64,000 bases of DNA, taken from NCBI GenBank assembly GCA_964390265.1, contig CAYMHI010000001.1, positions 8,345 to 72,344 of the forward strand. The letters run 5' to 3'. Source of the DNA: an uncultured Candidatus Saccharibacteria bacterium. Lineage in GTDB: Bacteria; Patescibacteriota; Saccharimonadia; CAILAD01; BJGX01. The notes beneath the pieces are model-generated. The model was not told where the DNA came from. It made no database searches and saw nothing but the letters and a program-made list of their open reading frames with translations. The stretch's first letter is position 1, and each line of letters opens with the position of its first letter. The position numbers and the translations under genes are program-made. This document shows positions 9,375 to 18,468 of this stretch, piece after piece.

Positions 9375-10421
9375 CTATAAGTCGCCGGTACGACTAAAAA
9401 AGTGTTTCCATCTTGAGTCTGGAATAGGAGTAACGCTTGGGGAGTGCAAGAGGTTATGGCCCTCCAGAAGATACTCGATTATTGCCATGAGTATTGGCAC
9501 GCTATAGCCAGACTGTGCAAAGTGCTTAGCTCGCCTGTCATTGTCTATCTCTGGCATTAGATCATTACTTCGAGGTAATGGGTGCATAAGTATTGCATTG
9601 GGGCTCAACATTCGCATCACACTCTCATCGATGAAATAAGCAGACCCACCAGCTCCCACCCAGTAGAATACATCAGTGTCTAGAACCATCGAGTCGAGAT
9701 TGGTCGTTTCTTTGAATTCAATATCACTCAAATACAAATTCTCTCGCAACTCATCATCTATACGTGCACTTTCAAGTGATACAAATATGAAGCTGATATT
9801 TTCGAAGAGACACAATGCTAGAGCAAGGTTTCGCGCAGTTATATTGCGACGAAGATCGCCACCAATCACCACGCGCAAATTCTGTAGTCTACCCACTTCT
9901 CGATAGATAGTATAGAGATCTACTAGCGTTTGCAATGGGTCATCTGCTATATTGATCATTGCGGCACTACTATGGTGAGCCGAGAGCTCTAACTCTTTAC
10001 TTGGCGGCTGATTGACCGCAATAATGTGAGGCTTGTACTCACTCAGTGACTTTAGTAAATCAGATAAACTTTCATCTCCAGCGCTATCCACATCTATAAT
10101 ACTTATTCCCATTCTTTTGGCAGCGGTAAAGAGAGATGTTTGTGATCGAGGAGACGGGCAGTCTAGCAACGTGTAGAGTAAGTAGTCTCTATAAAGACTG
10201 GCACTGACTTGAGGGTTTGGTACGCGAAGTCCATAACCCAACTGCTGTACGTATATATCTACAGCGGCAAAAAGATCTAACAAGAATTGTTTGCTCAGCT
10301 GAGAGGTGCTTAGTATGTGACGTAGTTTGGTTGATTTCTTTTGCAAAGGAACAAACCTTTCAATATGTTTGGTCGAAAGAAGTTCGTTTGATATAGTAGG
10401 CCAACAGGTAGCAAAAGTCAA
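9375..10421 (-). CDS. Aspartate/ornithine carbamoyltransferase-like protein with a degenerate N-terminal carbamoyl-phosphate motif
   Basis: The C-terminal MHPLPRSNDLMPEIDND...F.QSG motif is a near-perfect match to the ATCase HPLPRVDEI...F.Q..G motif. The N-terminal STRTR motif is replaced by SPRSQT, and HPTQ is not recognisable. Confidence 0.6.
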   Translation of the reverse strand: MTFATCWPTISNELLSTKHIERFVPLQKKSTKLRHILSTSQLSKQFLLDLFAAVDIYVQQLGYGLRVPNPQVSASLYRDYLLYTLLDCPSPRSQTSLFTAAKRMGISIIDVDSAGDESLSDLLKSLSEYKPHIIAVNQPPSKELELSAHHSSAAMINIADDPLQTLVDLYTIYREVGRLQNLRVVIGGDLRRNITARNLALALCLFENISFIFVSLESARIDDELRENLYLSDIEFKETTNLDSMVLDTDVFYWVGAGGSAYFIDESVMRMLSPNAILMHPLPRSNDLMPEIDNDRRAKHFAQSGYSVPILMAIIEYLLEGHNLLHSPSVTPIPDSRWKHFFSRTGDL

Positions 10422-10616
10422 TGTGCAGGTTGAAAAATAACCAGTTTATTGGTATGGTTAGTAGCGTGATATAAGATTATTCTTATTTCTTTTCCCATCT
10501 ACAGTTCGTGAAACAATAGAATAGTTGTTTAGCGAACTGAGAGGAGAAATAATGCGAAAGTTATAGAATTAAATGTAATAATATTTAATTTGCCAATTGA
10601 AGCATTATTTGGACGA

Positions 10617-10693
10617 CGGGGTGTGGCGCAGTTGGCTAGCGCGCTTGGTTTGGGACCAAGAGGTCGAAGGTTCGAGTCCTTTCACCCCGACCA
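10617..10693 (+). tRNA. tRNA-Pro (TGG)
   Basis: CGGGGTGTGGCGCAGTTGGCTAGCGCGCTTGGTTTGGGACCAAG...CACCCCGACCA. Anticodon UGG. Confidence 0.85.
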
Positions 10694-10735
10694 AACTAAA
10701 ACACCCAACTTTTGTTGGGTGTTTTAGTTTGTATT
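10694..10735 (+). terminator. Perfect 17-bp hairpin 3' of tRNA-Pro
   Basis: aaactaaaacacccaac tttt gttgggtgttttagttt. Confidence 0.6.
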
Positions 10736-10815
10736 TGATGAAAGACGAGAAACCCGAGGTTCGGTGAACGAGGAGCGCAGACCAAAACCAAACCTGTTTA
10801 GGTTTTGAGCGAGCA
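10735..10815 (+). ncRNA. Conserved element of about 80 nt, copy B (paralog of 8918-8998)
   Basis: Alignable with copy A and contains the same CAAAACC...GGTTTTG hairpin. Confidence 0.35.
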
Positions 10816-10895
10816 CCACAGGCAGAAGGCGCCAGCCGTTGTCCTGGCGCTTTAGTAGACTTATGCTACAATTATTAGCATAAGTAATTTTACAA

Positions 10896-13589
10896 ATGGC
10901 AAACAAAAAAGACATTTTAATTAACTCACTACTTACTTTAGGTATACTTGTTGGCTTATTGGCGATTTATGCTGGTTTTAAGATGCACCCAGCTCAGCCA
11001 GCTCATGCCGCAACAACATACACAGTTACCAACGGTAATAATGCTGGTGCTGGTTCGTTGCGCCAAGCGATCACCGATGCCAATGCTAATCCTGGCGCTG
11101 ATATTATTGTTTTTAATGGAGCCCTTGTTATCCAGCCCACTAGCTCATTACCATCAATTACCGACCCGGTAGAAATAAATGGCTACACCGGCTCGCCCGG
11201 CGGTGCCACAGCCAACTCTGCAGCCAGCCCCAACCCATTCAATGGCACACTCACCGTTGAGCTCGATGGTCAGTTGGCGGCTGGTAGCGTACTTGGTTTA
11301 GGTTTTGAATCAGGCTCAGAGGGTTCATCGGTACGTGGGCTGGTGATTTATAATTTTTCTTTTAATGCTATTCAAGTAGCTCCTGGTTTTACTGGTAGCG
11401 GCCTAACCATAGCCGGTAACTACATTGGCACCAATGCAGCCGGTACTGTCGGCCAGGGCACTACGCTTAGCTCTGGCATTGGCCTGTTTGGTACCGGCGC
11501 ATCAAACATTACAGTCGGTGGCACAAACCCAGCAGATAGGAACATAATCTCTGGCAATGCTGGGGGGATTGGAGGCGGGGCAAACAGCAATGCTACCATA
11601 CAGGGCAATTATATTGGCTTAGCTGCCGATGGGACTACTGCCTTAGCAAATGCGGGTGGTGGCATTGTTTTTTATGCCGATACTACCAATGCAACCATTG
11701 GGGGCGCCACTACCTCGGCAGCTAATGTAATATCTGGCAATACATCGGGCTATGGCATATCTATTACGACTGCCGATGTCAACCACAATACTATAGCCGG
11801 TAACTTCATTGGCACTGATTACACAGGCGCTGTTGCCCGTGGTAATGCCAATGGCGGTATATTTATTGGCAGTGGTTCTGCATCTAATACTGTTGGTGGT
11901 ACTACGACCGGCGCTCGAAACCTTATCTCTGGCAATTCTAGTGCGGGTATATTTATTAATAGCGGAGGTACAAGCAACACCGTAGAAGGCAACTACATTG
12001 GTACCGATATAACTGGTGCTACAGCCCTAGCAAATGGCACAGGGGTAAGTATTTTAGGTGGGTCTAGTGGCAACACTATTGGCGGGGCAGATACCACTAC
12101 ACGCAATATTATTTCCGGTAACGGTGGTATGGGTTTGAGTATAGACACAAGTAATAGCAACACAGTAGCAAGTAACTACATTGGTGTTGATGTAACTGGT
12201 ACGGCTGACTTAGGTAATGGCGGTATTGGTGTAGCTATAAATAACTCAGCAAGTAGTAACACTATTGGCGGTACCACTGCTAGTGAACGCAACGTTATTT
12301 CTGGAAACGCAGATAATGGAGTGTACATATCTGGCACTGGCACAAATAATACAATCCTAGGTAATTATCTTGGTACCAATGCGAGTGGCTCAGCCGCAAT
12401 ACCCAATGATCAAAATGGCTTGTTTTATTTGGCAACAGGTACTGGCAATGTTCTGGGTGGACTTGCTGAAGGGTCTAGAAATATTCTTTCGGGTAATTCC
12501 AATTTTGGGGTGATATGTAGTAGTGGTGCCAACTTGAGTATTCAAGGAAATTATGTGGGGTTGAGTGCTGATGGCGCTACAACAATACCCAATGTTGGTG
12601 CTGGTAACAGTGCTAACATTGCTTTGACAGGATGTTCAAACATGATTATCGGTGGTTCTGCTACTGGTGCACGCAATGTTATATCTGGCAGCCTAGGGGC
12701 TGGGATATTAATGATTGCTGGCGGGAATAATACGGTGCAAGGTAACTACATTGGTACCAAAACTAGCGGTGAAGTCCAAAGTGGGTTTGGTAATAGTACC
12801 GCTGGTATTATTATAGCTTCTGCTTCTACGAATAACTTAATAGGCGGTGTAAATAGTGGTGAAGGCAACATAATAGCCGGTAATGGCGCAGGTGTTGCAG
12901 TTGGTGATATAGGAGGTATATTCTTAGCACAAAATAACTCTATCTTAGGCAATAGTATTCATGACAATAGCAGTGGTCCCCTGAGTAGCTTAGGAATAGA
13001 TTTACTGGGTAACACAAATGATTTCGTTACGTGGTCTTCCATTGGCGTTACCCCCAACGATGCTGGTGACCCCGACGTTACCTCTAATGTACTCATGAAC
13101 TTCCCAGTCATTCAATCAGTTACTTCTACCAATGGACAAGCCACAATAACGTATGACTTAGATATCAACGATGCCGAGCCTGGCGCTACTGGCTACCGCG
13201 TAGAGTTCTTTGCCAACGACTCTGCTGACCCCAGTGGTCATGGCCAAGGCCAAACCTACTTGGGAAGCGACACCGTTGCTGGTGATGTGAATGGTAGAAG
13301 CGCCACTCTTACGCTCCCAGCTGGCGTGGATGGTTCTAAATATGTTTCTGCCACCACTACCATGACCGATGCTAGTGATGATGGTTTTGGCCACACCTCT
13401 GAGTTTGCTGCTGACGTACAAGCTACTCTAGTGCCGGTATCTCCAACACCAACCCCAAGTCCAGCTGCCAATGTGTTGGCCACTACGGGCCTTAATCAAA
13501 ATAGAAGTAAATTAATTCTCGCAGCTATCGCACTGGTATTACTGGGTGGTACTGGGCTATACGTTGCTCGCCGTCAAAAACGAACTTAG
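10896..13589 (+). CDS. Large surface protein with right-handed parallel beta-helix repeats and a C-terminal LAxTG sortase sorting signal
   Basis: N-terminal signal/TM. Dozens of Gly/Asn/Thr-rich repeats with N.ISGN motifs. PT-rich linker (VSPTPTPSP). LATTG, a hydrophobic stretch and an RRQKRT tail. Confidence 0.8.
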   Translation: MANKKDILINSLLTLGILVGLLAIYAGFKMHPAQPAHAATTYTVTNGNNAGAGSLRQAITDANANPGADIIVFNGALVIQPTSSLPSITDPVEINGYTGSPGGATANSAASPNPFNGTLTVELDGQLAAGSVLGLGFESGSEGSSVRGLVIYNFSFNAIQVAPGFTGSGLTIAGNYIGTNAAGTVGQGTTLSSGIGLFGTGASNITVGGTNPADRNIISGNAGGIGGGANSNATIQGNYIGLAADGTTALANAGGGIVFYADTTNATIGGATTSAANVISGNTSGYGISITTADVNHNTIAGNFIGTDYTGAVARGNANGGIFIGSGSASNTVGGTTTGARNLISGNSSAGIFINSGGTSNTVEGNYIGTDITGATALANGTGVSILGGSSGNTIGGADTTTRNIISGNGGMGLSIDTSNSNTVASNYIGVDVTGTADLGNGGIGVAINNSASSNTIGGTTASERNVISGNADNGVYISGTGTNNTILGNYLGTNASGSAAIPNDQNGLFYLATGTGNVLGGLAEGSRNILSGNSNFGVICSSGANLSIQGNYVGLSADGATTIPNVGAGNSANIALTGCSNMIIGGSATGARNVISGSLGAGILMIAGGNNTVQGNYIGTKTSGEVQSGFGNSTAGIIIASASTNNLIGGVNSGEGNIIAGNGAGVAVGDIGGIFLAQNNSILGNSIHDNSSGPLSSLGIDLLGNTNDFVTWSSIGVTPNDAGDPDVTSNVLMNFPVIQSVTSTNGQATITYDLDINDAEPGATGYRVEFFANDSADPSGHGQGQTYLGSDTVAGDVNGRSATLTLPAGVDGSKYVSATTTMTDASDDGFGHTSEFAADVQATLVPVSPTPTPSPAANVLATTGLNQNRSKLILAAIALVLLGGTGLYVARRQKRT

Positions 13590-13652
13590 TAATTGAGCTG
13601 CACAACGCATCGATTTTGTAATTTTAATATTGCTTAGTGGTATAATAAATAT

Positions 13653-13871
13653 ATGGACGCAAACACATTTATCAATCAAAATATCTGGTGGATACTACTC
13701 TTGGCCATATGGAGTATTGGCTGGAAAGGTTGGGCTCTGTGGCGAGCTGCCAAACTCGATCAAAAAGTCTGGTTTGTAGTATTTATGATAGTTAATACCG
13801 CAGGCATATTAGAAATATTTTATATCTATTATTTCTCCAAACAAGGCACCAAAAAATCAGATTCAAAATAA
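13653..13871 (+). CDS. Small two-TM membrane protein
   Basis: 72-aa ORF with two Trp-rich hydrophobic helices, located between the sortase substrate and the sortase. Confidence 0.4.
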   Translation: MDANTFINQNIWWILLLAIWSIGWKGWALWRAAKLDQKVWFVVFMIVNTAGILEIFYIYYFSKQGTKKSDSK

Positions 13872-13921
13872 TTATTTGCTAAACGACCTATGCAAATTTG
13901 TGGTATAGGTTGCTCATACAT

Positions 13922-14527
13922 ATGAAAAAAAACAAACATTTAATTACTACCCCAGACGACACTAGTGACCGCCAGCACCCTGGGTTAAAAACTTTTTTAA
14001 GACTCGCCATTACAATTGTATCTGTCGGCTTTATTGCTGCCGGGATTTATTTGTTAGTTTTGCTATTTGGGCCCAAGTACTCATTTTATTTAAACAAAAA
14101 AATGCCCGAGATTACCGATCAAAACAGAGTGGTAGTGCTTGACCATGGCATAAATACCACCATCTACGAGGGTGGAGCTGAGGTGCTAGAAAACGGTGCT
14201 TGGCACCAATATCCTGAGCGGGGAAATCCTCAAATGGGAGGTAATTTTATATTGGCAGCACATAGCTTTTTGTGGGGCTACACGCCTAGTCAAATAATGA
14301 ATAAATCATTTTTTTACAACCTTGAGGACGTAAAAGTGGGCGATCAAATAACGGTGTATTGGAACAAACAAGCTTATAGCTATACGGCTACAGAAAAACT
14401 TCAGGTTAAACCCAACGATCCAGCAATATTGGAGCCTAGTGGCGAAGCAAAGCTTACTATGTACACTTGCACCGAGGCCGGTAGCGCCGATGGCCGCGTA
14501 GTGGTTATTGCTAAGCCAAATAATTGA
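13922..14527 (+). CDS. Sortase (LAxTG-specific, class-E-like transpeptidase)
   Basis: N-terminal TM. Conserved His in FILAAHSF. The TMYTCTEAG motif is the sortase TLxTC catalytic Cys. Conserved Arg in DGRVVV downstream. Confidence 0.75.
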   Translation: MKKNKHLITTPDDTSDRQHPGLKTFLRLAITIVSVGFIAAGIYLLVLLFGPKYSFYLNKKMPEITDQNRVVVLDHGINTTIYEGGAEVLENGAWHQYPERGNPQMGGNFILAAHSFLWGYTPSQIMNKSFFYNLEDVKVGDQITVYWNKQAYSYTATEKLQVKPNDPAILEPSGEAKLTMYTCTEAGSADGRVVVIAKPNN

Positions 14528-14662
14528 CCATCAATCTGTTGTGAGCGATAATAAGTTAATGAATAAATACACTCCATATTCATTTCGCGTATTACTATCA
14601 AAACTTAATTATTGCAGTCGAATGCAGTATGGAAAATTAAGCGTAGCTAGAGGCGAAGTTTA

Positions 14663-15973
14663 ATGAATAAAGTTACTCCACGGCGACCATCTGGATTTGT
14701 CGAGTATTTACCCACACAACAAGCCCAGCTACAAAGTGTGCTCGACACTATTCGTAGCGTATATGAAAAATATGGCTTTATGCCTATAGAAACACCGGCT
14801 GTGGAGTTGGCCGAGGTACTGCTAGCAAAGGGCGGTGGTGAAACCGAGCAAGAGGTTTATCGTTTTAGTAAAGGTGATAAAGAATATGCCTTGCACTACG
14901 ACCTAACTGTTCCACTAGCTCGATATGTGGCTGAGCACGAAAATGAACTGACCTTTCCATTTAGACGCTATCAAATGCAAAAAGTTTGGCGAGCCGAGCG
15001 CGCCCAAAAGGGTCGCTACAGAGAATTTTATCAATGCGATGCTGATATTATTGGTAGCTCTAGTACAGGACATGATGCCGAACTAGTTGCTCTTAGCGCC
15101 GATGTATTTAAGGCTCTAGGCCTTGGAGATTTTACAATTCGCATTAGCAATCGCAAATTGTTGAGCGGACTCATTGAGGCAATTGGGTTACAAGCTAAAA
15201 CAAGTGATATATTGCACGCCATAGACAAACTCGACAAAATTGGTGTCGAAGAAGTCACCAAGATGCTCAAAGACGCGGGTTGTGGCGATGACGATTCTAC
15301 TCAACTGATCGATTTTGTAAATATGGGCGGAGAAGGTGCAGATGTAATAAGCCAACTCGAAGGACTTTCGGTCGAAAACGAAACTTTTACTAGTGGCCTA
15401 AATGAAATTAAAGAGCTGGTGGCCCAAGTGCAAGCATTGGGTATTGATAGTCAAAATTATACAATTGATTTACGAATTGTCCGCGGGCTAGATTATTATA
15501 CTGGTACGGTTTATGAGACAACACTCAACAACCACCCCGAGTTTGGCTCGGTATTATCAGGTGGCCGTTACGACAACTTGGCAGAATATTATACCAAAAC
15601 TCATTTGCCAGGTGTGGGCGTATCGATTGGCTTAAGTAGACTGTTTGCCGCCGCACTTGAATATTATTTAATTGCCAAACAACCACAAATGGTGCAGGTA
15701 TATATTGTTAATTTTGGGGTTGGTGCGCGCGAGTGGGCCCTAAAAGTTGCTAGCGACTTTAGATCTGCCGGTGTAGCCACCCAGGTAGATTTAGAAGACA
15801 GCAAGGTAGATAAACAATTTAGGTATGCTGACAGACTGGGCGTACCATATACTATTGTAATCGGTGAAAACGAAGTGGCTGCCAAAAACGTTATTCTAAA
15901 AAACATGCTAAGGGGTGACCAAGAAACTTTGGCTATTGATGCCGCAATACTTCATTGTAAGAAATCGGTATAA
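14663..15973 (+). CDS. hisS: Histidyl-tRNA synthetase
   Basis: Class II aaRS motifs (FRRYQMQKVWRAERAQKGRYREFYQCD and GGRYDNL) and a C-terminal anticodon-binding domain. Confidence 0.9.
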   Translation: MNKVTPRRPSGFVEYLPTQQAQLQSVLDTIRSVYEKYGFMPIETPAVELAEVLLAKGGGETEQEVYRFSKGDKEYALHYDLTVPLARYVAEHENELTFPFRRYQMQKVWRAERAQKGRYREFYQCDADIIGSSSTGHDAELVALSADVFKALGLGDFTIRISNRKLLSGLIEAIGLQAKTSDILHAIDKLDKIGVEEVTKMLKDAGCGDDDSTQLIDFVNMGGEGADVISQLEGLSVENETFTSGLNEIKELVAQVQALGIDSQNYTIDLRIVRGLDYYTGTVYETTLNNHPEFGSVLSGGRYDNLAEYYTKTHLPGVGVSIGLSRLFAAALEYYLIAKQPQMVQVYIVNFGVGAREWALKVASDFRSAGVATQVDLEDSKVDKQFRYADRLGVPYTIVIGENEVAAKNVILKNMLRGDQETLAIDAAILHCKKSV

Positions 15974-16059
15974 ATTAAAACTTTGCAATAATATTAAGCT
16001 ACTGTATACTATTTGCAGATATTCGCACCTCACATCAACTCGATTGAAGGAGCTCAAAC

Positions 16060-16725
16060 ATGTCACCGGTAACTTCAAAACGTCAATATGTTGGCGCCAT
16101 GGATCATAGTAGTAGGCTGGCTCTAGTTGAAGAAATCAAACCGCTATATATGTGGTTTAGCCCAGATTCAACAGATTTGGATATTTTAATTAGACTTACA
16201 TACATGCCAAATGCAACCTGCACAACGCTAACCGAAGATGGCAGGTGCGTGGGCTTTATGATCTCGCATATTGAAAAGCATAAAAAATCCTTAGTGCTTT
16301 ACGTTAAGGGCGTGATTGTAGACGAACTATATAGATCGAGACACTATTTTCGTAAAATGCTTGAAGATGCGATAGAACTCTATCAACCAAACTACATCGC
16401 ACTTACCACGCAAAATCCCAGAGTTTATACGATGCTGGCAAAGATCTGTGGCGTAGAGAACGTGTACCCTCGCCACACTTATCCGCCTGGTTATGAGATT
16501 CTAGACCTTGCTCGTCAATTAATCTCTGGTGGCGCAACGAGCGGTGAGGTGGGTGACACAGAAATTCGTAACCTTGTGCTGAAGGGACACTATACCTCAT
16601 CTAGGCCCGAAGACAAGACATATATGTCTAGTGATATGACAAATGTAGATGGCTTTTTTGACAGCCAGCTTGGCCCTACCGATGGATTTTTGGTAATTGC
16701 CCGCTTCATTACGCCAGGTAGATAA
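16060..16725 (+). CDS. Hypothetical protein, possibly a GNAT-fold acyltransferase
   Basis: IVDELYRSRHYFRKMLEDAIE resembles GNAT motif A. This is a weak call. Confidence 0.35.
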   Translation: MSPVTSKRQYVGAMDHSSRLALVEEIKPLYMWFSPDSTDLDILIRLTYMPNATCTTLTEDGRCVGFMISHIEKHKKSLVLYVKGVIVDELYRSRHYFRKMLEDAIELYQPNYIALTTQNPRVYTMLAKICGVENVYPRHTYPPGYEILDLARQLISGGATSGEVGDTEIRNLVLKGHYTSSRPEDKTYMSSDMTNVDGFFDSQLGPTDGFLVIARFITPGR

Positions 16726-16849
16726 TACCTGGCTTTTTTATTGACAAAAAATAATTATTTGTTAGACTAGACATATTGTAGTACCCCTAAGTTATTAAAA
16801 CCTTTGATCTAGTTCTCTTAATTTAGTAAGAGGTTGGGGCTAGATCGCA

Positions 16850-17066
16850 CATTGTGCAAGGTAGCTTCTGCGTGAGTGGAGGTTCGGCACCCTCCGTTAT
16901 CATGGGGCAAACGACACAACTAGGCTTGTTCGTTAGAGTGCTTAAGACAAATCGTTTTAAGCAAGTAAGGTGGCACCGCGGAGATTCCCGCCCTTACCGT
17001 ACAATTATTTGTACTGCGAGGGCGGGGTTTTTATACCTGCACGTTCCTTCACAACTAGGAGAGTGA
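16850..17066 (+). promoter_or_regulatory. T-box riboswitch leader with antiterminator/terminator, probably tRNA-Trp-responsive
   Basis: aaGGTGGCACCGCGGag at 16967-16981 matches the T-box consensus GGUGGNACCGCGG exactly. Helices GTAAGG/CCTTAC and GCGG/CCGC flank the 7-nt bulge UGGCACC. The overlapping terminator CCCGCCC...GGGCGGGG plus T5 spans 16987-17032. The regulated ORF begins at 17068. Confidence 0.75.
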
Positions 17067-17067
17067 A

Positions 17068-18414
17068 ATGAGCAATCAACCCATTTCTTTGATTACACTT
17101 GCAGACGATCGACTTGCGAAGCAAAATGCTCGCGAGAAAGTTGCAGTTGGTTACGACCCAGTAACGCGCACTGGTCGCTACGCTGATCAACTTAAGCTGC
17201 TTGGCGAAATACCATATAGAGAACTAGATGCCAAAATAAAACGTGGCGAAAGCCTAACATTCGATGAGGCCTTTGTAGGGATGTGTTATGTGCTCTGCAC
17301 TACTAACGCGCACTTGCGACAGGTATTTGCTCCATTGATTGCCCAGGCATACGCTAGGCCGTATATAGGAGATTTTGAACTTTCGCTAGTAGGCACTGCT
17401 TTCATTTCTTCTATGGCTACCAAAGAAGCACTAACTAGTCTTAGCTGGCAAGAGATTGCAGGCTTTGTGGCTGCTGCTTCTATGGACACAGTTGTAGAAC
17501 TACAGTTTGATGAAGCAGTAGAAACCTGCGGAATGGGTGGCGACCGAGGCTATGCCCGTTTGCGAGGTAAGAAGACTATTAATGTTTCTACCCTAAGTGC
17601 AATAGTGCTTGCTGCCGCGGGTTTGCCAACGCTCAAGCACGGCTCTTATGGCAATACCACAAAAATCGGTAGTACTGAAGCAATTGAGATGTTTGGTGTC
17701 AATCCAAATTACACCTCGACAGATGAAGTGTATGCAAATTTCGCTAAAATTGGATTTTGCTATCTTGATGCTCACTGGTCAAAGACCATTCACGATTTGT
17801 CGCATCTACTTATGATGGAAACCATTAACCACATTGTTGGCCCAATGACTCCGCCAATTAGTCGTCGTACTAGGCTAACAAAACTCATTGGTGTCAACGA
17901 GAAGGTGCACCCCGAAGACATTACAAAGGCGTATGCCGAGCTGCATAGGCGAGGTGTTTACAACGTCGGTGGTGTAGTTGCTGTTTGTGGCCTTTCAGAC
18001 GGCTGGAGCCGGGTACATCACGACAGAGCATTTACCCGTAGATTTGGCATCCTCGACGAACTATCACCGTTTGGTAATATGATCGCCATTAGCTATGAAG
18101 ACCAAATACTGGGGTGTACGTATTTCGATCTAAGGACGTTGTGCGAAGTAGACCCGGATGAAATATTTGTAGAAAACAGCAGAGCCACACTAGAAATCGC
18201 CAACTCTGAGGCCATTTCGGGAGCAAACCCATCATTGGCACGCTACCTGGCAGCAAACGCTGCATTTGGCTACTATGCCTATATGTATTTGGGCAAGGAG
18301 CCCTCTACGCTGCGCGGCCTAGATGCCAATCTGCTTCATTCAGCATATAGTATCTGCCTGCATACAATATCGAGTGGTAAAGCTGTAGAATTTCTTCACT
18401 CTCTAGTACAGTAG
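17068..18414 (+). CDS. Anthranilate phosphoribosyltransferase-like protein (glycosyltransferase family 3, TrpD/TrpD2-like)
   Basis: ETCGMGGDRGYARLRGKKTINVSTLSAIVLAAAGLPTLKHGSYGNTTKIGSTEAIEMFG corresponds to the TrpD DTCGTGGD...KHGN...GS.D.LE core. Confidence 0.7.
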   Translation: MSNQPISLITLADDRLAKQNAREKVAVGYDPVTRTGRYADQLKLLGEIPYRELDAKIKRGESLTFDEAFVGMCYVLCTTNAHLRQVFAPLIAQAYARPYIGDFELSLVGTAFISSMATKEALTSLSWQEIAGFVAAASMDTVVELQFDEAVETCGMGGDRGYARLRGKKTINVSTLSAIVLAAAGLPTLKHGSYGNTTKIGSTEAIEMFGVNPNYTSTDEVYANFAKIGFCYLDAHWSKTIHDLSHLLMMETINHIVGPMTPPISRRTRLTKLIGVNEKVHPEDITKAYAELHRRGVYNVGGVVAVCGLSDGWSRVHHDRAFTRRFGILDELSPFGNMIAISYEDQILGCTYFDLRTLCEVDPDEIFVENSRATLEIANSEAISGANPSLARYLAANAAFGYYAYMYLGKEPSTLRGLDANLLHSAYSICLHTISSGKAVEFLHSLVQ

Positions 18415-18468
18415 TTGTGTCATAATGGCGACTGTTTTTTAGTCGCCATTTTATTTATAGTTATTATT

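Noticed and set aside
10724-10915. 63-aa minus-strand ORF
   Set aside because: It overlaps element B and the promoter region of the beta-helix gene. It has no RBS.
11420-13483. Several antisense ORFs of 60-90 aa inside the beta-helix gene
   Set aside because: Gly/Ala/Pro-rich antisense frames of a repetitive GC-richer gene, typical shadow ORFs.
16854-17066. 70-aa ORF listed in the track
   Set aside because: It lies entirely within the T-box leader and its terminator. The conserved RNA motifs explain the sequence better than a protein does.
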